64,000 nt of DNA from Aequorivita sp. GTDB lineage: Bacteria; Bacteroidota; Bacteroidia; Flavobacteriales; Flavobacteriaceae. The notes under the pieces are model-generated. The model saw nothing but the letters and a program-made list of their open reading frames with translations, was not told where the DNA came from and did no database searches. The translations under genes and the position numbers were made by a program. The stretch is taken from positions 517-64,516 of the forward strand of contig JAGQYY010000006.1 in the NCBI GenBank assembly GCA_020435825.1, written 5' to 3'. Positions 19,005-28,707 of the stretch are shown here, piece after piece (within the stretch, counting starts at the first letter, position 1; every line of letters begins with the position of its first letter).

Positions 19005-19330
19005 TGGATATTAAAAACGCACAAAAAGCAGTTGATGCTTGGATTAGGGAACACGGCGTCCGCTATTTCAACGAGCTTACAAATATGGCACAACTCACTG
19101 AAGAAGTTGGTGAAGTGGCGCGCATAATTGCCCGGCGCTATGGCGAACAGAGCGAAAAGGAAAGCGACAAAAATAAAGATTTGGGGGAAGAGCTCGCAGA
19201 TGTTATTTTTGTAGTGCTTTGTCTGGCCAACCAAACAGGTGTTGATCTTGAAAAAGCTTTTGAAAAAAAAATGGAGCTTAAAACCAAACGAGACCACGAT
19301 AGGCACCATAGCAATGAAAAACTCAAATAA
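19004..19330 (+). CDS. MazG-like nucleotide pyrophosphohydrolase
   Basis: LTEEVGEVA...EELADV. Confidence 0.88.
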   Translation: MDIKNAQKAVDAWIREHGVRYFNELTNMAQLTEEVGEVARIIARRYGEQSEKESDKNKDLGEELADVIFVVLCLANQTGVDLEKAFEKKMELKTKRDHDRHHSNEKLK

Positions 19331-19573
19331 ATGTTTAAAAAAGTTATAAGTACAAAAGGTTTTTGGAAATCGGTATTCTCGTTAGCAGTGGCTTTTGCAA
19401 TATTGTTCACGTTGATTAAGTGGGCAATTGAAGGTTTTGAAATTGCGTATTTTACTGAAAGAGATCCAGTAATGTTTATAATCACACTTTTTCTGGCAGG
19501 TTTTGTTTATGGTTTTTTTGTCACTTTCGGAAAGTTTAGAGCAAAGCTCAAACAAAATGATTCTGGACGATGA
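19331..19573 (+). CDS. Small membrane protein, hypothetical
   Basis: Two hydrophobic segments; abuts both neighbouring genes. Confidence 0.7.
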   Translation: MFKKVISTKGFWKSVFSLAVAFAILFTLIKWAIEGFEIAYFTERDPVMFIITLFLAGFVYGFFVTFGKFRAKLKQNDSGR

Positions 19574-20814
19574 ACGCCAATCTTAAAAGCGGAGAGTTCC
19601 CTTCAGAAAATATAAAAATCAATATCTGCGGCTCTAAAAGCGAATCGAATCGTTTGCTTATTATGCAAGCGGAATTCCCAAATATTTCTATTGAAAATCT
19701 TTCAGACAGTGATGATACTGCTGTTTTGCAAAAAGGATTAAAGATTTTAAAAGGAACAGTAGATGTACACCACGCCGGTACTGCAATGCGCTTTTTAACT
19801 TCTTATTTCGCTGCAAAAAAAGGAGCCGATGTGTTGCTCACCGGAAGCCAAAGAATGCAGGAGCGCCCTATAGAAATTTTGGTCAACGCACTTAGAAAAT
19901 TGGGTGCGGATATTGAATATGTCAAAAGCGAGGGTTTCCCTCCATTAAGGATTAAAGGTAAAAACCTTCTAAAGAATGAAGTGACAATCAAGGCTGACGT
20001 AAGCAGTCAATATATATCTGCTTTAATGTTGATAGCCCCAATGCTTCCCGCAGGCCTAAAAATTTCATTGGAGGGGAAAACCACTTCACTTCCCTATATA
20101 GAAATGACGCTCCAGCTTTTAAAAAACATTGGAGTTACTGGAAATTTCTCTGGAAATTCTATTGAAATTTCATATCCGGAAAGTGTTGAAGATGTGCATA
20201 TGGTGGTAGAATCTGACTGGAGCTCGGCATCCTACTTTTACAGTTTGGTGGCGCTTTCTGAAAACCTTCAGGTAACACTCGGCAGTTTTTCAGAAGAAAG
20301 TTTTCAGGGCGATGCCGCTTTAGCGCAGCTATATAAATCATTGGGTGTAGAAACGGTTTTTAATACTTCTGAAAAAACCATTTCGATTTCAAAAAAATCC
20401 ATTGAATTGCCGGATTCATTACTTCTCGATCTTACAAACACGCCAGATTTGGCACAAACAATTGCGGTAAGTTGCTTTGGTTTGGGCATAGGCTGCAGGT
20501 TGACGGGGTTACATACTTTAAAGATTAAGGAAACCGACAGGCTTTTGGCTTTAAAAACGGAATTGGAAAAATTGGGAGCTTCCGTTCATATTGATGAAAA
20601 TTCCTTAAATCTTGAAAAAAGTCTAAAAATTAATAATGGAATTGCTGTGGAAACCTATCAGGACCACAGAATGGCAATGGCCTTTGCACCGCTTGCCCTT
20701 AAAACAGAAATTAGGATCAACAACGCCGGAGTAGTTTCAAAATCATATCCCAGATTTTGGGAGGATATGGAAAAAACGGGCATTATATGTGTTTTTGAAG
20801 AAATCGAAAATTAA
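19570..20814 (+). CDS. aroA: 3-phosphoshikimate 1-carboxyvinyltransferase
   Basis: GSKSESNR, AGTAMRF, SSQYISAL, KETDR, DHRMAMAF, KSYP. Confidence 0.95.
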   Translation: MNANLKSGEFPSENIKINICGSKSESNRLLIMQAEFPNISIENLSDSDDTAVLQKGLKILKGTVDVHHAGTAMRFLTSYFAAKKGADVLLTGSQRMQERPIEILVNALRKLGADIEYVKSEGFPPLRIKGKNLLKNEVTIKADVSSQYISALMLIAPMLPAGLKISLEGKTTSLPYIEMTLQLLKNIGVTGNFSGNSIEISYPESVEDVHMVVESDWSSASYFYSLVALSENLQVTLGSFSEESFQGDAALAQLYKSLGVETVFNTSEKTISISKKSIELPDSLLLDLTNTPDLAQTIAVSCFGLGIGCRLTGLHTLKIKETDRLLALKTELEKLGASVHIDENSLNLEKSLKINNGIAVETYQDHRMAMAFAPLALKTEIRINNAGVVSKSYPRFWEDMEKTGIICVFEEIEN

Positions 20815-20910
20815 ACTTTTTGGCTTCATTTTTTAAGCTACGAACACCAAGTATCAAACATTTAAAAATAATAAACTGTCATTTACTTGACAACGCCTGT
20901 CTTGGGGTTG

Positions 20911-20918
20911 TATATTTG
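20911..20918 (+). promoter_or_regulatory. Bacteroidota -7 promoter element
   Basis: TATATTTG matches TAnnTTTG upstream of queA. Confidence 0.6.
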
Positions 20919-20950
20919 CGCCCTTGTAAAATTTAAAGAAACGACGCATT

Positions 20951-22006
20951 ATGGGAATGAAACTTTCAAATTTCAACTTTAACCTTCCAGAGGAATTATT
21001 AGCCGAATATCCAGCACCAAACCGCGATGAATCTCGTTTGATGGTGTTAAACCGAAAAGATAAAACCATTGAGCACAAAATGTTCAAGGATCTTATTGAT
21101 TATTTTGAGGAGGACGATGTGCTAATAACCAACAACACAAAGGTTTTTCCTGCACGTTTGTTCGGAAACAAAGAGAAAACGGGAGCTCGTATTGAAGTTT
21201 TCCTTTTAAGGGAATTGAACGCAGAAACCCGTCTTTGGGACGTTTTGGTAGATCCGGCCCGAAAGATTAGAATTGGTAACAAACTGTATTTTGGCGATGA
21301 CGAAACCCTTGTGGCAGAGGTTATAGACAATACAACTTCGCGCGGAAGAACGCTTCGTTTTCTTTTCGACGGTTCTTATGAGGAATTCAGAAACAAATTG
21401 ACGGAATTGGGCGAAACACCTCTTCCAAAATATATTAAAAGAGAAGTGGAACCTGAAGATGCAGAACGCTACCAGACCATTTTCGCTAAAAACGAAGGAG
21501 CTGTTGCTGCGCCAACTGCTGGTCTGCACTTTTCAAAACATCTTTTAAAACGCCTTGAAATTAAAGGTGTAAACATAGCTGAAGTTACGCTTCATGTTGG
21601 TTTGGGAACTTTCAGTTCTGTTGAGGTTGAAGATCTTTCAAAACACAAAATGGATTCTGAAGAAATGAGTATTGACCAAACAGCTGTAGCTATTATAAAT
21701 ACAGGGATTAAAAAGAAAAAACGCATTTGTGCTGTAGGGACAACAGCAATGCGCGCCTTGGAAAGCTCGGTTTCTTCAAACCATACGTTGAATGCTTATG
21801 CCGGATGGACAAATAAATTCATTTTCCCTCCTTATGATTTTAGTATCGCGAATGCAATGGTAACGAATTTTCACACACCGAAATCCACATTATTGATGAT
21901 GGTTTCAGCCTTTGCTGGACATGATTTTATAAAAGAAGCTTATGCCGAGGCTATTAAAGAAAAGTATAGATTTTACACCTATGGCGATGCAATGCTAATT
22001 ATTTAA
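20951..22006 (+). CDS. queA: S-adenosylmethionine:tRNA ribosyltransferase-isomerase
   Basis: [38 protein letters not shown]. Confidence 0.96.
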   Translation: MGMKLSNFNFNLPEELLAEYPAPNRDESRLMVLNRKDKTIEHKMFKDLIDYFEEDDVLITNNTKVFPARLFGNKEKTGARIEVFLLRELNAETRLWDVLVDPARKIRIGNKLYFGDDETLVAEVIDNTTSRGRTLRFLFDGSYEEFRNKLTELGETPLPKYIKREVEPEDAERYQTIFAKNEGAVAAPTAGLHFSKHLLKRLEIKGVNIAEVTLHVGLGTFSSVEVEDLSKHKMDSEEMSIDQTAVAIINTGIKKKKRICAVGTTAMRALESSVSSNHTLNAYAGWTNKFIFPPYDFSIANAMVTNFHTPKSTLLMMVSAFAGHDFIKEAYAEAIKEKYRFYTYGDAMLII

Positions 22007-22027
22007 AACATACTGTATAAACCCTTA

Positions 22028-22055
22028 AAGGTCCTGATGAAAATCAGGACTTTTT
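22028..22055 (+). terminator. Rho-independent terminator
   Basis: GTCCTGAT-GAAA-ATCAGGAC followed by T run. Confidence 0.75.
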
Positions 22056-22137
22056 ATTTTATAAGCGTTTGGTTTTCAAATGTCAAAATAAAAATTTACC
22101 TTAGTCATCCTTAATTTAAGACTAACTATCAGCTGGA

Positions 22138-23796
22138 ATGAAAAAAACTACGCTTTTCATCCTTTTATTTTGCACAATTTTTACCGCCTTTTCGCAGGGT
22201 GGAGGAAATGATTTGCCTGAAAGTTGGAACTTAAATCTTGAAATAGTACCCAATATTATTCGGCTTCCTACCATAGACTTTGAAAATATAGTTCAACAAG
22301 ACAGTATCAATGATTTGGATAAAACCATGCCCTGGCGCTATGGTATTGAAATTCCTTTAAGCTTGAACATGCAGCAGGGCGGTCTTTGGACTGTTTTACC
22401 TGACGGCGGAAGAATTTGGCAAGCCACTATTCAATCTGCTGGGGCATTAAATTTAAGTGTAAATTTTAATGATTTCTTTTTGCCAAGGGGCTCTCGGCTA
22501 CAACTTTATAATGACGATCGCACCGATATTATTTCAGCTTTAACAAATAATCAAAACTCTAGTGGAGGTCAACTGGGGACTTGGTTCGTAGAAGGTGATA
22601 TTATTTGGATAGAATATTATCAACCACCCAGAACCCAAGGTTCGCCGAGACTTAATATTGAAAGTGTTATTCACGGTTATAGAATGGGAAGGGTAAACGT
22701 TCTGGTTGATGATAATCGGGGATTGAATGATTCTGGTGAATGTAATTATGACGTTAATTGCCCCATAGGGAATGATTTTGACCAAAAGAAAGATTTGGTA
22801 AAAAAAGCAGTCGCGTTGCTCAATTTGGGCAATGGCCATCTGTGCTCTGCCTCGCTTATTAATAATGCCTTAAATGATAAAACTCCTTATTTGTTGACTG
22901 CGAACCATTGTTTGGAAAATAGTAACCCTGCGCTTTGGTCTGCCAGATTCAATTGGGTCAGTCCAACACCAGTTTGTGCTTCGGGAGGAGATAGTGGCGA
23001 TTTGCAGACAAACTTTACGGTCAGTGGCGCCGAACTAAGGGCAAAAAATAGTTTGAGCGATTTTGCATTGGTTGAACTTTTTAACCCCATTCCTGAATCT
23101 TGGGATGTTGCCTTTGCAGGCTGGGATAATTCTGATACCAACCCGCAGTTTGAAGTGGGAATACATCATCCAAACGGTGATATTATGAAGATATGCCGTG
23201 ATGATTCTGGAGCTCAGAAAGTAGATGCCAATGGCACTCAAGTATGGTTAATTGGTGGTGGCACCCATGGACCTGGAAATGGTTGGGAAATAGGTACAAC
23301 TGAAAGTGGTTCTTCAGGCTCGCCTCTTTTTGACCAAAACGGAAGGCTCATTGGGCAATTGTATGCTGGACAATCTGCCTGTACCGGTTTGGAGAACAAT
23401 AACGATTACGATATTTATGGAAGATTCGGTATTTCTTGGAACAATGGGAATGCCCCTGAAACACGTTTAAAAGATTGGTTGGATCCAACAAATACAGGAC
23501 ACACAGCAATTGAAACACTTCAGAATTTGTTGAATACACCTGATTTCCAACTTATAGGCGATCTTAAAATTTATCCAAATCCGGCAAGTACTCTCATCAC
23601 AGTGATGAATAATAGGTATCCACATTTGTCATATATATTTTCCAATGTTATGGGCCAGCAAATTCATTCAGGTTCTTTATCCAATACAATGAATACCATT
23701 GCTGTTGATGATCTTTCTGAAGGAGTTTATTTCCTTCATTTAGTGGATGAAGACAGTAACGATTCTATTACCAAAAAGATAATTATAAAAAAATAA
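22138..23796 (+). CDS. Lysyl endopeptidase-like serine protease with T9SS C-terminal sorting domain
   Basis: LTANHC, DFAL, GSSGSPL triad motifs; IYPNPA...GVYFL...KKIIIK CTD. Confidence 0.85.
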   Translation: MKKTTLFILLFCTIFTAFSQGGGNDLPESWNLNLEIVPNIIRLPTIDFENIVQQDSINDLDKTMPWRYGIEIPLSLNMQQGGLWTVLPDGGRIWQATIQSAGALNLSVNFNDFFLPRGSRLQLYNDDRTDIISALTNNQNSSGGQLGTWFVEGDIIWIEYYQPPRTQGSPRLNIESVIHGYRMGRVNVLVDDNRGLNDSGECNYDVNCPIGNDFDQKKDLVKKAVALLNLGNGHLCSASLINNALNDKTPYLLTANHCLENSNPALWSARFNWVSPTPVCASGGDSGDLQTNFTVSGAELRAKNSLSDFALVELFNPIPESWDVAFAGWDNSDTNPQFEVGIHHPNGDIMKICRDDSGAQKVDANGTQVWLIGGGTHGPGNGWEIGTTESGSSGSPLFDQNGRLIGQLYAGQSACTGLENNNDYDIYGRFGISWNNGNAPETRLKDWLDPTNTGHTAIETLQNLLNTPDFQLIGDLKIYPNPASTLITVMNNRYPHLSYIFSNVMGQQIHSGSLSNTMNTIAVDDLSEGVYFLHLVDEDSNDSITKKIIIKK

Positions 23797-23877
23797 ACCA
23801 TAATTCTATTTGTATGTTAAGCCTCTATTCTGAAAAGGAAAGGGGCTTTTTTACTTTAAATACCCTAATTTTGCACG

Positions 23878-24918
23878 ATGGTTTCAGAAAAGAAGGACAT
23901 ACGGGCACTTTCAAAAGAAGAACTTAGAAGTTTTTTTGTAAGTATTGGCGACAAAGCCTTTCGTGGAACGCAGGTCTATGAATGGCTTTGGGGGAAAGGC
24001 ATTCACAGTTTTGATGATATGACCAATCTTTCAAAAGAGACTCGCGCACACCTAAATGAAAATTTCGTAATCAACCATATAAAAGTTGATTTTATTCAAA
24101 AAAGTAATGACGGCACTATTAAAAATGCGGTTAAGCTCCACGATAACTTGGTTGTGGAATCCGTTTTAATTCCAACAAAAAAACGAACTACTGCCTGCGT
24201 TTCTTCGCAAGTGGGCTGCAGTTTGGACTGTACTTTTTGTGCTACGGCCAGACTGAAAAGAATGCGGAACCTAAACCCAGACGAGATTTATGATCAAGTA
24301 GTAGCCATTGATAAAGAAAGCCGTCTGTATCATAACCAACCCCTTTCCAATATTGTGTTTATGGGAATGGGCGAACCGTTGATGAACTATAAAAACGTTC
24401 TGGAATCTATCGAGAAAATTACTAGTGATGAAGGTTTGGGGATGTCTCCAAAGCGAATCACAGTTTCCACCTCCGGCGTACCTAAAATGATAAAAAAATT
24501 GGCTGATGATGAAGTGAAATTTAACCTTGCCGTTTCACTACATTCCGCAATTCAGGAAACACGTGAGCAGATTATGCCTTTTGCCAAAAACTTTACTTTG
24601 GAAGATCTTCGCGAATCTTTGGAATATTGGTACAGCAAGACCAAACGTAAAATAACTTATGAATACATTGTTTGGAAAGACATCAATGATAAGTGGGCTG
24701 ATATTGAAGCACTCGTTACTTTCTGCAAATATGTGCCGTGCAAAGTAAATATCATTGAATACAACCCGATTGACGATGGGTATTTTCAGCAAGCTTCTTC
24801 AACAATTATCGATGATTATATTGAAGCATTGGAACATGACCGAATTCCAGTTACCGTCCGCCGAAGCCGAGGTAAAGATATTGATGCAGCTTGCGGGCAG
24901 TTGGCAAACAAGCAATAA
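23878..24918 (+). CDS. rlmN: 23S rRNA/tRNA m2A methyltransferase
   Basis: CVSSQVGCSLDCTFC, MGMGEP, DIDAACGQL. Confidence 0.96.
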   Translation: MVSEKKDIRALSKEELRSFFVSIGDKAFRGTQVYEWLWGKGIHSFDDMTNLSKETRAHLNENFVINHIKVDFIQKSNDGTIKNAVKLHDNLVVESVLIPTKKRTTACVSSQVGCSLDCTFCATARLKRMRNLNPDEIYDQVVAIDKESRLYHNQPLSNIVFMGMGEPLMNYKNVLESIEKITSDEGLGMSPKRITVSTSGVPKMIKKLADDEVKFNLAVSLHSAIQETREQIMPFAKNFTLEDLRESLEYWYSKTKRKITYEYIVWKDINDKWADIEALVTFCKYVPCKVNIIEYNPIDDGYFQQASSTIIDDYIEALEHDRIPVTVRRSRGKDIDAACGQLANKQ

Positions 24919-24997
24919 GCACCTTTCTATTTTCTTTGTTTTTAGAAATGGTTTAATTCAAAAACCGTCATTCAAATTTCCCTATCTTTGAGCCTTT

Positions 24998-25975
24998 ATG
25001 AAGATAGTTTCGCGCATCAAACTTCCCATTGAAAAGGAAATGGAGCTTTTTGAAAAAAAGTTCACAGCTTCTATGTCTTCCAAAGTTTCACTTCTCAATA
25101 GAATAACACATTATGTTGTAAACCGAAAAGGAAAACAGATGCGCCCAATGTTTGTTTTCCTAATTGCAAAAATGACTGGTGATGGTGAAGTGAACGAACG
25201 CACATATCGGGGCGCTTCCGTTATAGAGCTTATCCACACCGCAACCTTGGTGCACGATGATGTTGTGGACGATAGTAACCGCCGTCGAGGATTCTTCTCC
25301 ATAAATGCACTTTGGAAAAATAAAATCGCCGTACTTGTTGGCGATTATTTGCTTTCAAAAGGATTGCTGCTTTCTATTGACAACGAGGATTTTGATTTAC
25401 TGAAAATAATTTCAGTAGCCGTACGAGAAATGAGCGAGGGCGAATTGCTTCAAATTGAAAAAGCCCGAAAGCTGGATATTACAGAAGAAGTGTATTTTGA
25501 AATAATCCGCCAAAAAACAGCAACCCTTATTGCTGCCTGTTGCGCAATGGGAGCCCGCTCCGTAATGGCTCCCGATGAGGAAGTTGAAAAGATGCGAAAA
25601 TTTGGAGAGCTTATAGGTATAGCTTTTCAAATAAAGGATGATCTTTTCGATTACGGAAATGAACACATCGGCAAACCCACAGGCATCGATATTAAGGAGC
25701 AAAAAATGACGCTACCTTTAATATATGCGCTAAACAATTCCACTTCCGAAGAAAAAAAATGGCTTATCAATTCGGTTAAAAACCATAATAAGAACAAACA
25801 GCGCGTTAAGGAAGTGATCACTTTTGTTAAGAAAAATGGCGGTTTGGATTATGCCGTTGCAAGAATGAAGGAATACCAACAAGAAGCATTGCAACTTTTG
25901 GAAACCTATCCCGCTTCGCCGTATAAAGAATCGCTTGAGTTGATGGTGAATTACGTTATTGACCGAAAAAAGTAA
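24998..25975 (+). CDS. Polyprenyl diphosphate synthase
   Basis: GKQMRP, LVHDDVVD, FQIKDDLFD. Confidence 0.92.
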   Translation: MKIVSRIKLPIEKEMELFEKKFTASMSSKVSLLNRITHYVVNRKGKQMRPMFVFLIAKMTGDGEVNERTYRGASVIELIHTATLVHDDVVDDSNRRRGFFSINALWKNKIAVLVGDYLLSKGLLLSIDNEDFDLLKIISVAVREMSEGELLQIEKARKLDITEEVYFEIIRQKTATLIAACCAMGARSVMAPDEEVEKMRKFGELIGIAFQIKDDLFDYGNEHIGKPTGIDIKEQKMTLPLIYALNNSTSEEKKWLINSVKNHNKNKQRVKEVITFVKKNGGLDYAVARMKEYQQEALQLLETYPASPYKESLELMVNYVIDRKK

Positions 25976-26101
25976 ATTTGCTAAACCTGGATTCGTTAGG
26001 TAGTGTTTTTAAACTGAGACTTGAATTTTTTCCCCCATTAGGCAACTATTCTTCAAAAACGTGCGTCTATTAAAATAGAAGCTTTAACAGCGAAGCGTAT
26101 T

Positions 26102-26668
26102 TTGAAAATTATCCCATTACATAAAAACTACTCAAAGTTGATAGTTAGTGCATCCAAAGGCGACCGCCGTGCGCAGCATCAATTGTATGAACTTTTTTCA
26201 CCAAAAATGCTGGGCGTGTGTAGGCAATATTTAAAAAATAACGATTTGGCCGAAGAAGTAATGCTTTCTGGTTTTTTTAAAATGTTTACACATTTAAAGG
26301 ATTTTAAAAACGAAGGCAGTTTTGAAGGCTGGATCAGAAGGATAATGGTGAACGAAAGTATTTCACAGCTTCGGAAGGATAAAAAACTGCACTTTATTTC
26401 CGAAACCGAAATAGAAAACACCGCAGAGCATTCCACCTTTATTGAAACCGAACTTGAAGAAGCCGATATCCAAAAGATGATAGACAGTCTGCCGGACGGT
26501 TACAAAACGGTTTTTATACTTTATGCGGTTGAGGGCTACAAACACAGTGAAATAGGAGAGTTGTTACAGATAAACGAGAACACATCAAAAACACAACTGT
26601 TCAAAGCACGCAAGATGCTTCAAAATATGGTTAAACAACAAAACAATTTAAGTTATGGCACCCTATAA
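26102..26668 (+). CDS. ECF RNA polymerase sigma factor
   Basis: SFEGWIRRI, LPDGYK...EGYKHSEI...TSKTQLFKAR. Confidence 0.9.
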   Translation: MKIIPLHKNYSKLIVSASKGDRRAQHQLYELFSPKMLGVCRQYLKNNDLAEEVMLSGFFKMFTHLKDFKNEGSFEGWIRRIMVNESISQLRKDKKLHFISETEIENTAEHSTFIETELEEADIQKMIDSLPDGYKTVFILYAVEGYKHSEIGELLQINENTSKTQLFKARKMLQNMVKQQNNLSYGTL

Positions 26669-27449
26669 ATTGGAAGACAATATTCGCGAAAAGCTGGAAG
26701 CGAGGGAACTAAAGCCTTCTGCTGAGGTTTGGAAAAAGTTGGAGGCAAAACTTGATGCTGAACAACCTAAAAAGAAAACTTTGCTTTGGTATTACGTCGC
26801 CGCAAGTTTTGTGGGCTTCATTATTTTGGCTTCAATTTTCTATAATCAAGATAATCTTAAAATAAAAGATCAAATAGTAAATGAAACTATAGAACAGCCC
26901 AAAGTTGAAGATAATCCTGAAATTGTTCCTCAAACTATAAATAAGGTAGAAATTGCTTCGGAAGAAAAAAAGAATGATAAAAATATTTCTGAAAAGCAAC
27001 AGGAAAATAAACAAACGCCCCGTTCAAATAAATCGCAACTCCTTCCACAGCCCATTGGGACAAAAAAATCTGCCGTTGAAGAAAAGATTGAAAAGACCGA
27101 TGCCATAGCCGAACAAACTGAAGCGAAACAGCCCATTAATTTTGAGAAGCCCGTTCCTTCTGAAGAAGACAGGATTTTTAATGCCAAGGTAGATGAAGTG
27201 GTTGCATCAGTTAAAAAATTGCAGGAAAACAACACTGAAGTTACCGCCGCCGAAGTGGAAGCGTTGCTAAACAGCGCCCATCGCGATATTCAAACCCAAC
27301 GAATTCTCAGCAGTCCTAAGGTTGATGCCGCTGCATTGCTTGAAGATGTAGAGTGGGAACTAGAAAAAAGTTTTAGGGACAAAGTATTTGATGCCCTTGG
27401 CGAAGGCTTTCAAAAAGTGCGCACTGCAGTTACAGAAAGAAACGATTAG
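26655..27449 (+). CDS. Putative anti-sigma factor-like membrane protein
   Basis: Follows ECF sigma; PSAEVWKKL motif then a single TM segment. Confidence 0.65.
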   Translation: MAPYKLEDNIREKLEARELKPSAEVWKKLEAKLDAEQPKKKTLLWYYVAASFVGFIILASIFYNQDNLKIKDQIVNETIEQPKVEDNPEIVPQTINKVEIASEEKKNDKNISEKQQENKQTPRSNKSQLLPQPIGTKKSAVEEKIEKTDAIAEQTEAKQPINFEKPVPSEEDRIFNAKVDEVVASVKKLQENNTEVTAAEVEALLNSAHRDIQTQRILSSPKVDAAALLEDVEWELEKSFRDKVFDALGEGFQKVRTAVTERND

Positions 27450-27524
27450 CCATTTTCAATGTTCAATAAACAATGAGCAATAAACAATAAACATTCATCA
27501 TCATTAATCAAAAATCGAACAGTT

Positions 27525-28598
27525 ATGAAATCATTAATTACACTCACAATCACCCTTACAATCTGGTTGCTTGCATCATGCTTAGCCAATGCGCAGGAAA
27601 CCGGCCACGACACACAGACTTCCATAGAGCAGCTTACCAATCTTAAAGAAAAGATAATCCAAGAAGAAAAGGAAGCTTTAAAAGCTGAAGTAGAAAGCAT
27701 CAATGCCCGTTTACAAAGTGAGAACATTCAAGAATCTGAGGCCGAAACCCTAAAAAAAGAAGCCGCAGAAATACATGCGCTGAATATTGAAAATCGCCTT
27801 GCCATAATAGATAATAAAGTAGCACTCTTAAAACGAAACGGAAGCATTGAAGAAGATGAAGTCAATGGAATGATTATTCGTATTGGTTCCAGTGGAAAAA
27901 ATAGTGAAAATGAAAACGTTCTATATATTGGTCCCAAAAATAAAAAACGCAAATATGACCGTCGCACTACCTCAGACATGGTATTTGCTTTTGGTTTGAA
28001 CAATGTAATTACAAAAGGAGAATCTTTACAGGATTCAGATTTCAAAGTTGCCGGCAGTCGTTTTGCAGAAATAGGTTGGGCATGGAAAACCCGCGTTTTC
28101 AAAAACACTAATTTCCTTAGAATAAAATATGGGGTTTCTTTTCAGTTTAATGGGTTGAAACCAACGGACAATCGTTTTTATGTAGATACTGGAGAACAGA
28201 CTGAACTGCAAACCTATCCATTGAATTTGGATAAGTCAAAATTTAGAATGGACAACCTTGTCGTTCCAATCCACTTTGAACTTGGTCCATCCAAAAAGGA
28301 AGAGCACGATGATTACTTTCGTTATAAAACTGAAAACCAAATAAAAATAGGTCTTGGTGGCTATGCTGGAATAAACCTAGGTTCCCGCCAAAAACTAAAA
28401 TTTGAAGAAGATGGTGAAGACCAAAGGCTAAAATTAAAAGCAGATTACAACACAAATAAATTCATTTATGGCTTAAGCGCTTATATAGGCTGGCAGGGTG
28501 TAGCCGTTTATGCAAAATATGACTTAAATACAATCTTTAAAAACAACCCTATAGAACAGCGTAATGTTTCCCTGGGCCTTCGTTTTGATTTAGATTAG
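27525..28598 (+). CDS. Hypothetical outer-membrane protein (coiled coil plus beta-barrel)
   Basis: Signal peptide, N-terminal coiled coil, C-terminal SLGLRFD strand. Confidence 0.65.
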   Translation: MKSLITLTITLTIWLLASCLANAQETGHDTQTSIEQLTNLKEKIIQEEKEALKAEVESINARLQSENIQESEAETLKKEAAEIHALNIENRLAIIDNKVALLKRNGSIEEDEVNGMIIRIGSSGKNSENENVLYIGPKNKKRKYDRRTTSDMVFAFGLNNVITKGESLQDSDFKVAGSRFAEIGWAWKTRVFKNTNFLRIKYGVSFQFNGLKPTDNRFYVDTGEQTELQTYPLNLDKSKFRMDNLVVPIHFELGPSKKEEHDDYFRYKTENQIKIGLGGYAGINLGSRQKLKFEEDGEDQRLKLKADYNTNKFIYGLSAYIGWQGVAVYAKYDLNTIFKNNPIEQRNVSLGLRFDLD

Positions 28599-28627
28599 CC
28601 ATAAACCCTTTCATTATTCGTTGTTTA

Positions 28628-28668
28628 AAACCTGCATGGATTTTTAAAATTCGTGCAGGTTTCTTTTT
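28628..28668 (+). terminator. Probable terminator
   Basis: AAACCTGCATGGAT...ATTCGTGCAGGTTT followed by T-rich tract. Confidence 0.6.
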
Positions 28669-28707
28669 CTTAATATCCCTATTTTTACAATTCTAAAATC
28701 CAACAAT